NCBI GenBank assembly: GCA_963843575.1
Contig: CAWJKZ010000025.1
Span: forward strand, 192,001-256,000
Length of the DNA: 64,000 bases
Direction of reading: 5' to 3'
DNA from: an uncultured Acidobacteriota bacterium
GTDB lineage: Bacteria > Acidobacteriota > UBA6911
Positions 39,443-51,317 of the stretch are shown one piece after another (position 1 is the stretch's first letter; every line of letters starts with the position of its first letter). The notes beneath the pieces were generated by a model, which saw only the letters and a program-made list of their open reading frames with translations, did not search any database and was not told the DNA's origin. The position numbers and the translations under genes were made by a program.

Positions 39443-40716
39443 ATGTCGATGATGGGAAGCATCATGGCTGCATTGCTGCTTTTCGCTGCGCCTGCAGCGC
39501 AGTACGACCTGCTGATCCGCGGCGGCCACCTGGTCGACCCGAAAAACAAGATCGATGCGGTCATGGACGTCGCGATTGCCGACGGAAAGATCGCCGCCGT
39601 AGCTCCCGGGATCGACCCGGGCCGGGCCCGCAAGTCGGTAGACGCCCGCGGGCTCTACGTCACTCCCGGGATCGTCGACATCCACACGCACCTCTTTGCC
39701 ACGACGGGGATACCCAATGCCTGGGCGGGGGACAACAGCGTCCTGCCCGACGGCTTCAGCTTCCGCTCCGGGACCACTACGATGGTCGACGCCGGCTCGG
39801 CCGGCTGGCGCAATTTCGAGGCGTTCCGTCAGACCGTCATCGATCGCGCGCGCACCCGCGTCCTCGCCTTCGTCAACATCGTCGGGCTCGGGATGGTCAG
39901 CAATTTCGTCGAGCAGGACGTGAAGGAAATGAACCCGGCCGAGGTTGCCCGGATCGCGGCCAAGCACCGCGACGTCGTGGTCGGGGTGAAGACGGCGCAC
40001 TACGAGGGGCGCGACTGGACCGCCGTGGACCGGGCCGTCGAAGGCGGCAGGATGGCAGGGCTGCCGGTCATGGTCGACTTCGGCTTCTTCCCCGCCGAAC
40101 GGCCCTATTGGCGCCTGGTCGCCGAGCGGCTGCGGCCGGGAGACATCAGCACCCACATGTACCGCAGCGGCGTCCCCTACCTCGACAAGGACGGGAAGCT
40201 GCTCGACTACCTCAGGCAGGCCCGGGCGCGCGGGGTGAAGTTCGACCTGGGGCACGGAGGGGGAGCTTCGTCTTCCGGAATGCCGTTCCGGCCGTGCAGC
40301 AGGGATTCTACCCCGACTCCATATCGACCGACCTCCACACCGGCAGCATGAACGGCGCCCTGATGGACTTCCCGAACCTGATGTCGAAGATGCTGGTGAT
40401 GGGGATGCCGTTCGCCGAGATCATCCTGCGTTCGACCTGGATGCCGGCGTCCGAGGTGATCCATCGGCCGGAACTGGGCCACTTGACCGTCGGCTCGCCC
40501 GCCGACATGGCGGTGTGGCGGATCGCGGACGGCGCTTACGCCTATGCGGACACGAGCGGCGGCCGGTTGCCCGGGAAGCAGCGCATCTATTGTGAGATGA
40601 CCCTGAAGGACGGCGCCGTTGTCTGGGACCTGAACGCCCGCGGCGCGGTCGACTACAAGCAACTGGGTCCGGACTACGGCTTGCGCGAAGGCGCCGACGT
40701 CGTGGTCGTCCCCTGA
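39443..40716 (+). CDS. Amidohydrolase/deacetylase family metallohydrolase (dihydroorotase-like), frameshift near 40265
   Basis: PGIVDIHTH, GTTTMVDAGSAG, VGVK.AH, FDLGHG; then PDSISTDLH..LGHLTVGSPAD in the next frame. Confidence 0.87.
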
Positions 40717-40904
40717 CGGGGGGGGGCCGCGGCGGCCCGCCGCGGCCCTGGATCTGCCCCATTCGGTGTATTCGGCTCCGCACCGGATGTCACGGGGAAA
40801 CACCGGGTGCAGAGCCAACCCCGCCCACGTGCCTAATCCTGACAACCAGGACCCCGGGAGCCGCGGCGAGCCGCCGCGGCCCACTTCGCCTCCTGGTGGC
40901 ACCT

Positions 40905-41858
40905 TCACCCCACCCGCTGGAACTCCTCGATCTCCCGCAGTTCCTCCGGGCTCAAGCGGAACTCCGCCGCCCCTATGACACCCTCGAGCTGCTGCGGCGA
41001 CCTCAGCCCCACGATCGCCGCGGTGACCTCCGGACGGCGCAAAGTCCACGCAATGGCCACCTCCCCAGGGGTGCGCCCGTGGCGCCTGCCGATTTCGCGC
41101 AGCAGCTCGGCGAGCGCGAGGTTGTGGGTGAGCTTCGGTTCCCGAAAATTCGGGGTGCGCGGGCGAAAATCGTCGGGGGGCATGGCCGCAATGCGTTCCC
41201 GCGTCATGGCCCCGCTGAGCAGGCCGGATTTCATTGGAGAGTACACGATGACGCCTATGTTGTTCTCTGCGACAAACGGCAGCGTCTCCTGCTCGATCTC
41301 GGGCGAGACGATGGAGTAAGGGGGCTGCAGCGAGGTAATCGGGGCGATCTTGGCCACGCGCCTCATCTGGCCGACCGAAAAGTTCGACACGCCGATCCAG
41401 CGGACCTTCCCCTCCTCCTTGAGCCGCGTCAGTGTCTCCCAGCCTTCCTCGAGATCGGCCTCCGGATCCGGCCAGTGGATCTGATAGAGATCGATGGCCT
41501 CCACCTGAAGACGCCTGAGCGACGCCTCGCACTCTTTGCGCAGTTCGTCGCGTTTGAGCGAGCCGAAGATCTCGCCGTCCGCATTCCAGTTGCGTTCGCA
41601 CTTGGTGAAGATGTACGGGTGCGGCGTTACACCCTTGACGGCCCGGGCGACGATCTCCTCCGAGTGCCCGAGCCCGTACACCGCCGCTGTGTCTATCCAG
41701 TTTATCCCCGCGCGCAGCGCGGCGCGCACCGCGCCGATCGAGAGTTCGTCGTCCTGGGGCCCCCAGGCGAACTGCCAACCGCCGCCCCCCATGGCCCAGG
41801 CACCCACGCCGAGCGGGGTTATGAACATGTCGCTGTTGCCAAGCCGTCTGGTGTCCAA
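40905..41858 (-). CDS. Aldo/keto reductase
   Basis: LGVGAWAMGG, GINWIDTAAVYGLGHSE, IDLYQIHWPD, GVSNF, LQPPYS. Confidence 0.95.
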   Translation of the reverse strand: MDTRRLGNSDMFITPLGVGAWAMGGGGWQFAWGPQDDELSIGAVRAALRAGINWIDTAAVYGLGHSEEIVARAVKGVTPHPYIFTKCERNWNADGEIFGSLKRDELRKECEASLRRLQVEAIDLYQIHWPDPEADLEEGWETLTRLKEEGKVRWIGVSNFSVGQMRRVAKIAPITSLQPPYSIVSPEIEQETLPFVAENNIGVIVYSPMKSGLLSGAMTRERIAAMPPDDFRPRTPNFREPKLTHNLALAELLREIGRRHGRTPGEVAIAWTLRRPEVTAAIVGLRSPQQLEGVIGAAEFRLSPEELREIEEFQRVG

Positions 41859-42050
41859 TGTCCCTCCTCCGTCATATTGTAGAACTGTACATATCTCCCC
41901 TCCCGCTCCGCAAACACAGAATTCTAGTGGGCGGCGGCTGCTGTGGTGGGCCGCGGCGGCCCTCTCACTTTTCCTGTGGCTTGCGCCTTCATCCGCAGCT
42001 GCACCTCACTCACCGGGCGGGGACGAGCCGTCCCCGCCCACCGGGGAGGC

Positions 42051-43109
42051 TCACCGCCAACCCTCCTCGTAGCCAGTCTGGTAGAGGGCCAGGATGTTTT
42101 CGAGCGGGGTGATCGCTTGAAGGTTGTGGCAGGGTGCGAGTATGTAGCCGCCGCCGGAGCCGAGGATGCGATGGTTGTCGCGGACCTCCTGCCGCACGTC
42201 CTCCGGCGAGCCGAACGGCATCGTGTGCTGGTTGTCCATCGCGCCGTGGAATACGAGCCGATCTCCGAAATCGTGTTTGAGTCCCTCGCGCTCCATCCCG
42301 CTGCAACGCCACTGCACGGGGTTGAGGATGTCCATCCCGATATCGATCAGGTCGGGGATCACCTTGCGCACCGCGCCGTCGCTGTGGGTCATGACAAACG
42401 CGCCCCCCTCGTGCACGAGCCGCATCATTCGCTTCATCCGCGGCAGGAAGAACTCCCGGATGTGTCGCGGCGAATACATCAGGTCGTTCATGGTGCCGAA
42501 GTCCTCGCCGACCTGCACATACGTGACCCGTCCCGGAAGCGATTCGAAGGTGCGCAGGATGCGTTGGTACTCGAAGTCGAAGATCTTCTCCAGGCAGTAG
42601 TGCACGAATTCCTGGTTCTCGGCCAAGTCCAGGAACGCCTGCTCCATGCCGCGAAAATCCTTGTAAAGGTAGTACGGCTCGGAGATCGGCCCTTCCACCG
42701 GGTATGCCTCCCGCGCCGCGACCTGCCCGGGAAGCACGCTGTAGTCGTACCAGTCCGGCTGCGGCCAGACGTAGTCCTTCTCGAGTTCCGCGATGGAGCG
42801 GTACCGCGCCAGCGGGTGGGAAACGGCCTCCTCGTACGTGCCGGCGCCATAGTCCACCCGTCGGTAGACGACGCCAAACTCGTTGGCCCCCCGGGGCAGC
42901 GCCGGCCCGACATAGGCCGGCGCCAACACCACGGGCCGATCGATGTGGAGACGCTCGAAGACTTCCCACATGTCGTCGCAGCCGAAATGGCGCAGCAGGG
43001 CGCGATCGACTTCCGGGGTCGCCCAGTAGTCCATGGGAACCCGATCCGGCTTTTGCCGGCGCAGGGTGGCCTGCCAGCGTTCTACAGGGGCCATCGTCTC
43101 CGTTCGCAT
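42051..43109 (-). CDS. Uroporphyrinogen decarboxylase/MtaA-CmuA family protein (second paralog)
   Basis: KPDRVPMD, GEDFG, THSDG, GMDILNPVQ, FHGAMDNQ, GGGYILAPCHNLQ. Confidence 0.88.
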   Translation of the reverse strand: MRTETMAPVERWQATLRRQKPDRVPMDYWATPEVDRALLRHFGCDDMWEVFERLHIDRPVVLAPAYVGPALPRGANEFGVVYRRVDYGAGTYEEAVSHPLARYRSIAELEKDYVWPQPDWYDYSVLPGQVAAREAYPVEGPISEPYYLYKDFRGMEQAFLDLAENQEFVHYCLEKIFDFEYQRILRTFESLPGRVTYVQVGEDFGTMNDLMYSPRHIREFFLPRMKRMMRLVHEGGAFVMTHSDGAVRKVIPDLIDIGMDILNPVQWRCSGMEREGLKHDFGDRLVFHGAMDNQHTMPFGSPEDVRQEVRDNHRILGSGGGYILAPCHNLQAITPLENILALYQTGYEEGWR

Positions 43110-43378
43110 AGGAGGGCAACTTACCGCAGTTTCAGCCGTTTCCGTCGGAGTTTCTGCAAATCGCCGCGGGAGTTCCCGAGCGGCGTCGCCACGACGCAGC
43201 CCACGCAGTTTGCTCATTTGTGCGTTTCACCTCGGTCCCCGGGTTGCTGCCCAATCCCAGGGGCGGGGCCGGGCCGTCACTGCCCACTTGTGGCAACGTC
43301 CCGCTTGCAAAAGGGCGACGGCTGAGTGCAGCATAGTCCGGTCTCGACACCGTGATTCTTGCCCGGAGGATGGGTTCT

Positions 43379-44893
<1,515 letters not shown>

Positions 44894-44911
44894 CACCCAG
44901 TGTCCGTAAAG

Positions 44912-45021
44912 CAAGTGGGTCCGGGCTTCAGCCCGGACGTCTTCTGATCTGATCTATGTGGCGACGGGCGCACGTTATAGCGACCGCAAACGGCGTTCGG
45001 GCGGAAGCCCGGACCCACTTG
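44912..45021. repeat. REP family A inverted doublet (REPIN-like) with conserved linker
   Basis: CAAGTGGGTCCGGGCTTCAGCCCGGAC-linker-GAAGCCCGGACCCACTTG; linker is the near reverse complement of the 58196-58299 linker. Confidence 0.85.
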
Positions 45022-45031
45022 GGTTGGCTGC

Positions 45032-46840
45032 CTAGCGGCTCCCGGCGAGGGCAAAATCGAGGGTCACGTCGCGAAGCTGGCTTCGGATCTGCTCGAACAG
45101 GTTCCAGTCCGACAGCCGCTCGTCGGTCATCTCCAGCATCGGCGTCAAGAGTGGTGCGAAGTCGGCAAATATGCTCTTCATCTGCCCGTCGTGGCCGGCC
45201 GCGCGGGCACGCAACCTCGAGGTCGCCGGAACCGTCGCGCTGAACCGTCCGCCGGGCGCACGCACTTCCGACTTCTTTACGGGTATTCGGCCGTCCATCT
45301 CGACAACCTCGACGACGGCGTCGAGAGCCTGGCCCGTCCGGGCGTCCCGCACCGTTCCCCGAACCCGCGCGAGTTCCGGCCGCGGCGCGCGGTAGTCCGC
45401 GCCTTCGAAATAGATGGGATTGGTGATGGCCACCTGGCCGGGGCCGGCCCCGAGGACGCGCACGATGTACCAGGCGGTGCCGGGCTCCGACACCTCCCCG
45501 GCGTCGGGCGTACCAGGTGCCCAGGAGCGGATGACGGCACCATTTCGGATCAGCTCGATCCTGGTCGCGTCACCCCAGGTCTCGACCCGCACCGGCAAGG
45601 GCGCGCCGTGTGGCGCCCGCACCACGTCGCCGGGCTCGTGCCCGCCGATTTTGAGGAGTACCAGGGGCCCGCTCGTGATGAAGTTCCGCCCCTGTTTCAT
45701 CGCCTGCGCGATTGCGGCGAAGGTCGGGTCACCCACGACGCGCGTGTAGACCCGCACCCTCCCCGGGACGCCGCCGCCGGGGTTGTCGAACGTCGTGTCG
45801 GAAGACGCCGTCGCGGGCATCCGGTACCCGTGGTTCAGCAGCAGGAACCACAGTTCCAGGGCGCGCCGGTTCGTCTCGCGCTCCTCCGGCTGCATCATGA
45901 TGTCGACGGCGTCGTAGCTGGGCCCGGCGATCGTGTCGAAGGGCAGCTCGGCGGCCATGTTGGAGATCCGCTTGCGCTCCTCGACCGGGAATCCGCCCGT
46001 ACCGCCCCACTTCCCCCACCACCAGCGGTGCGGGTGGGTGTAGACGCTGATGCCCCCGGCCGAGTGTATGAGAGCGTGCATCTCGAAGTTCGGCACCGGA
46101 GGCTTGAAGCTCTCGTAGTCCCAGGCGCTCATGGTGAGCAGTTCGGAGATGACGTCACGGCCGTCGGGCGTCCGTCCGCGCAGTGCGACGGTCCAGCCGT
46201 GCCCCGCGCAGTGCGTCACGTCGCCGCGCCAGTAGTTCTTCGGCGCCTCGAGGTTCCAGGAAATCCGGAAATCCGGCGCACTGACTTGCTCGCACTCGCG
46301 GGTGAGGTTTTCCGGGGTCGGATCCGCGAGGCTCCAGTGCTGGGCCAGCGAAAGGTAATCGAGACCCTCGGCCCGCGCCGCCAGCGCGATCTGGGCGAAG
46401 CCCACCGGGACCTTGCGCTCGCCGTGAATCATGTGGACGTGGTTGTCGCCGCCGACCCAGCCGAGCCGGCGCAAGGGTGAACGCCGGGCCAGGCGGAACT
46501 CGAGGCCGTGCCGCTGCCCCGCGGTTGCCGTCAGCTCCCGCGTCTGCGGGATGTAGTCGAAGCCCCGGCTCACCGCAACCGTGACCGGGCCCGGGGCAAC
46601 CGTCTTCTCGAACAACCCGTTCGAGCGGAATCCTCCGCGGAAGCTGGGGTGTTCGGTCAGGACGGTGCCGCCCGCGTCCCGGATCGTGACGGTAGCCGGC
46701 ATCACACTCCCGGACTCGGCGTCGAGCACGCGGCCGGCGATCACCGCGTCCGCGCCCGGGGCCGCCGGCCTGACCGCGGCAGGTGTGGTGAAGAAGAGGC
46801 CGAAGCCAAGAAGGGATGCCGCGATGTCTGCAATTCGCAC
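45032..46840 (-). CDS. CehA/McbA-like PHP-fold metallohydrolase with flanking carboxypeptidase-regulatory-like domains
   Basis: GWVGGDNHVH, AEGLD, YTHP, LLNHGYRMPATASSD, GRVRVY, GRNFITSGP, ITNPIY. Confidence 0.75.
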   Translation of the reverse strand: MRIADIAASLLGFGLFFTTPAAVRPAAPGADAVIAGRVLDAESGSVMPATVTIRDAGGTVLTEHPSFRGGFRSNGLFEKTVAPGPVTVAVSRGFDYIPQTRELTATAGQRHGLEFRLARRSPLRRLGWVGGDNHVHMIHGERKVPVGFAQIALAARAEGLDYLSLAQHWSLADPTPENLTRECEQVSAPDFRISWNLEAPKNYWRGDVTHCAGHGWTVALRGRTPDGRDVISELLTMSAWDYESFKPPVPNFEMHALIHSAGGISVYTHPHRWWWGKWGGTGGFPVEERKRISNMAAELPFDTIAGPSYDAVDIMMQPEERETNRRALELWFLLLNHGYRMPATASSDTTFDNPGGGVPGRVRVYTRVVGDPTFAAIAQAMKQGRNFITSGPLVLLKIGGHEPGDVVRAPHGAPLPVRVETWGDATRIELIRNGAVIRSWAPGTPDAGEVSEPGTAWYIVRVLGAGPGQVAITNPIYFEGADYRAPRPELARVRGTVRDARTGQALDAVVEVVEMDGRIPVKKSEVRAPGGRFSATVPATSRLRARAAGHDGQMKSIFADFAPLLTPMLEMTDERLSDWNLFEQIRSQLRDVTLDFALAGSR

Positions 46841-47057
46841 GACGAGAGTTTCCTCTGTAACCTACCGAGCTAAGGATTCGTGTTCATGAATATGCCAAAA
46901 AACGTTCCAGGACGCGGATTTGCGCGGATGCACGCGAATTTTGACTTGGTGGAATGCCGGGCGCGGCCGCGCAGGGCGCAGAGTCGCGGAGTTCGTTTCT
47001 CCGAGGATCCCTGCGCCCGTATCGTCGCGGTTGTGAGTCTTGGTCGTCGCGGCCGGG

Positions 47058-48176
<1,119 letters not shown>

Positions 48177-48253
48177 TTAACTATACCCGATTTTCGCCCC
48201 TCGATGAACCCCACAGCGAACTGCCGGCGGAGAATGGCGCCCGCGCGGGGGCG

Positions 48254-49409
48254 TCAGCAGCCCGCCAGGGCGGCCTTCATCCGCTCGAGCGCCTGGAGGA
48301 GCGTCGCGCGCGGGCAGGCGAAATTCAACCGCGCGAAGCCTCCGCCCGGCTCCCCGAATTGCGGTCCGGCAGGAGAGCGCGACCCCGGCCCGCTCCAGGA
48401 AGAACTTCTGCGGGTCGCCGGGTATCGCGGAGCCGCGGCAGTCCAGCCACGCCAGGTACGTCGCTTCCGGCTTCCACATGGTGATGCCCGGCAGTTCGCG
48501 GGCGACGAAGTCCGCCACCAGGTCGCGGTTTCCCTCGAGGTACTCGAGCGCCTGGACCAGCCACTCGTCGCCGTCGCGGTAGGCCGCCAGTGCGGCAACC
48601 AGTCCGAGTGCGTTCACCTCGGGGAAAAACGGGGGCTCGGTCGTCTGCAGCCGGCGGCGCAGCGCGGGATCGGTCACGATGGCCATCGAGCAATGCAGCC
48701 CGGGGATGTTGAACGTCTTGCTCGGCGCCATCAGGGTGACCGTGCGGGCGGCGACCTCCGGCGCGAGCGCCGCGACGGGCGTGTGCCGGACGCCGCGGTA
48801 CAGGATGTCGCAGTGGATTTCGTCGGAGCAGATCAGCACCCCCCGGCGCAGGCAGATGGCGGCCAACCGCTGCAGCTCCTCCGGCCGGAACGCGCGCCCC
48901 ACCGGGTTGTGCGGGTTGCAGAGGATCAGGACGCGGGTCCGATCCGTCATCGCGGCCTCGAGCGAGGCGAAATCGATCTCGTAGGCCCCCCCCGGCAGGC
49001 GGACGAGCGGGGACTGCTGCAGTTCGAGCCCACTCTGCCGCGGCGCGCCGAGGATGGGAGGATAGACCGGGGGCTGCACCAGCACCGCCTCGCCCGCGGC
49101 GGCCGCCATCCGGCAGACGCGGTTGAAGCCGAGCACCACCCCGGGCTGGAACAGGATGGCGTCGGGGTGGACCCGCCACCCGTAAAGGCGCATCAGCCGG
49201 GCCGCGATGACGTCGCGCAGCGCGCCGGACTCGCGCGCGTAGCCGAAAATGCCGTGGTCTATGCGCCTGTGCAGCGCCGCCAGTATCGGTTCGGCTACCC
49301 TGAAGTCCATGTCCGCGGTCCAGAGCGGGAGCACGTCCGCCGGATAGTAGCCCCACTTGGTGCTGTCGGAATCCCTCCGGTCGATCACCCGGTCGAAGTC
49401 GTAGCGCAT
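48254..49409 (-). CDS. MalY/PatB family PLP-dependent C-S lyase (frameshift near 48370)
   Basis: LPLWTADMDF, LCNPHNPVGR, SDEIH, APSKTFNIPG, PEATYLAWLD; C-terminus GFARLNFACPR in a shifted frame. Confidence 0.92.
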
Positions 49410-49582
49410 GTTTTAACGATATAGCCACCAATCCCCCGGTGTCATTCCTTTTACTGCGTGTGGGCGGGGGCGGCCCGCCCCCGCCCGGGTGGGCAATCGG
49501 GAAAACCCACCGGCCGGGGAAATTCCACGGGCCGCGCCGGGCCGTCGCGGCCCACACCGAAATGATGTTATCTTATGCCGCT

Positions 49583-50503
49583 ATGCGCAGGCCGGCACTG
49601 GTGGACCTCTTGATGGTGAGCGTGACCCTGATCTGGGGTATGAACTTCTCGATCATGAAGCACGCCTACGTCTACTTCGATCCGCTCGCATTTACCGCAC
49701 TGCGCTTCACGATCGCCGTCCTCACGCTCGCGCTCGTCCTCAAGGTGCGCGGCATTCCGTTGACGGCCGACCGCGCGGACCTCCCCTCGCTGGCGGGACT
49801 CGGGTTCTTGAGCCAGACGCTCTACCAGATCCTGTTCGTCCTGGGCTTGGCCGCGACGAAGGCGGGTAATGCCGGGCTGCTGGCTTCGCTTTCGCCCGTC
49901 TTCGCCTACGCCTCCGGGATTTTGCTGAAACGCGAGGTGTTCAGCCGCCGGGTGCTGGCCGGGATGCTGCTCTCGCTCGCCGGGGTTGTCGCGGTGGTCC
50001 TCTTCGGCTCCAAGGAAATCGAATTCGGCTCGGCCATCCGTGGCGATGCTCTGATCCTGGGTTCGACCCTGTGTTGGGGCTGGTACACCGGCGGGGCGAC
50101 CCGGCTGGCGGTGAAATATGGGGCGCTGCGGCTGACCTTCTGGCTGATGCTGACCGGGACCGCCGGGCTGGTCCCGATCCTGATCCCTTCGATCCTACAC
50201 CAGGACTGGTTCGCCATCCCAGCCAGGGGGTGGCTGGAGTTCGGCTACTCGACTTTTCTCTCCATCGTCTACAGCTACGTCGTCTGGTCGTTTGCGCTGG
50301 AGCACCTGGGCGTCTCGGGCACGGCGGTCTACTCGAACGTCACCCCGATGGTCGCCCTGATCGGGGCCTGGTTCCTGCTGGGCGAACGGCCGGGCCTCCC
50401 CCAGGTCGCCGGCATCGCCCTGATCCTCACGGGCGTCTTCATGGTCCGCTCGCGGAGGCTGGCGCTCAGGCTTGCCGGAGCCAGCCGTCAAACGCGCTCG
50501 TAG
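49583..50503 (+). CDS. DMT/EamA family transporter
   Basis: IWGMNF..K, ALRF, about ten hydrophobic helices in two EamA repeats. Confidence 0.9.
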   Translation: MRRPALVDLLMVSVTLIWGMNFSIMKHAYVYFDPLAFTALRFTIAVLTLALVLKVRGIPLTADRADLPSLAGLGFLSQTLYQILFVLGLAATKAGNAGLLASLSPVFAYASGILLKREVFSRRVLAGMLLSLAGVVAVVLFGSKEIEFGSAIRGDALILGSTLCWGWYTGGATRLAVKYGALRLTFWLMLTGTAGLVPILIPSILHQDWFAIPARGWLEFGYSTFLSIVYSYVVWSFALEHLGVSGTAVYSNVTPMVALIGAWFLLGERPGLPQVAGIALILTGVFMVRSRRLALRLAGASRQTRS

Positions 50504-51261
50504 GACTCGCGCACCTCGGCCGGCCCCCATGCCCGCTCCAGGCGGCGCACGATGAAGTGTCCCCGCGCCATATCCTGGAAGTGGTTGATGAAAATGGTGT
50601 TGACCAATGCGCCCCCCGCCGCTCCGATGATCGGCACCGCCTGCGCGGCCAGTTTTTCGGACACCACCACCCCGAAGCGCGACGAGAGCGTCACGATGAG
50701 CCGCACGAGCGGGGGGGCGCCCTCCTCGACCAGCCCTCGCTCCGTGATGTACTTAGCCGCCTCCGAAACAGTCCGGGCAAGTGCCGCACGCACGGCAAAG
50801 TAGCCGGTCTCGGTCGCGTTGTCCCCGGGTGCCTTGCCCCCGAGCGCAAAAACCTCGAGGCAGGCCAGCCGGCTTTCGATGCTGCGGATGTTCTCCCCTT
50901 CGCTGCGCGCGATGTCCGCGATGGAACGCAGCATCACGGTCGTGGTCAGCGGGAGCTCGACGACTAGCGCGGGCAGCCCGAAAATTCCGGCTGCAGCCCC
51001 GTCCGCAGCGGCAATCACGCGATGCAGCGCGTTGGACGCGGGCCGGCCCGGCTTGTCTTTCAAGGTGTTGACGGCGACGCCAAGCGCCTTCTGCATCGAC
51101 TTGCGGGCCGCGCTCTGCACCACGCCGGCCCAGGAGGCCGGGAGCATCGCGAGGCCTTTCTCGATCGGAATCCCGACCATGCCGGTGACCTTGGCCGCGA
51201 GGCCGGGATTCTCCAGCAATTGCTTGGCTTTACTGAGGTCTTCAAGTTCGTCGATGGTCAT
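50488..51261 (-). CDS. EcsC family protein
   Basis: LLENPGLAAK, FGLPALVVELPLTT.VMLRSIADIARSEGE, AQAVPIIGAAGGALVN. Confidence 0.85.
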   Translation of the reverse strand: MTIDELEDLSKAKQLLENPGLAAKVTGMVGIPIEKGLAMLPASWAGVVQSAARKSMQKALGVAVNTLKDKPGRPASNALHRVIAAADGAAAGIFGLPALVVELPLTTTVMLRSIADIARSEGENIRSIESRLACLEVFALGGKAPGDNATETGYFAVRAALARTVSEAAKYITERGLVEEGAPPLVRLIVTLSSRFGVVVSEKLAAQAVPIIGAAGGALVNTIFINHFQDMARGHFIVRRLERAWGPAEVRESYERV

Positions 51262-51317
51262 GGTCCCCACCCCCGGGCAGCGCCGGGCTGGCTCGGCCCA
51301 CTCCGCTGTCCACCCTA

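Noticed and set aside
36397-40716. 1439-aa ORF as a giant protein
   Set aside because: Mostly an antisense or off-frame shadow of real genes in high-GC DNA; only the last ~150 codons are the frameshifted C-terminus of the amidohydrolase.
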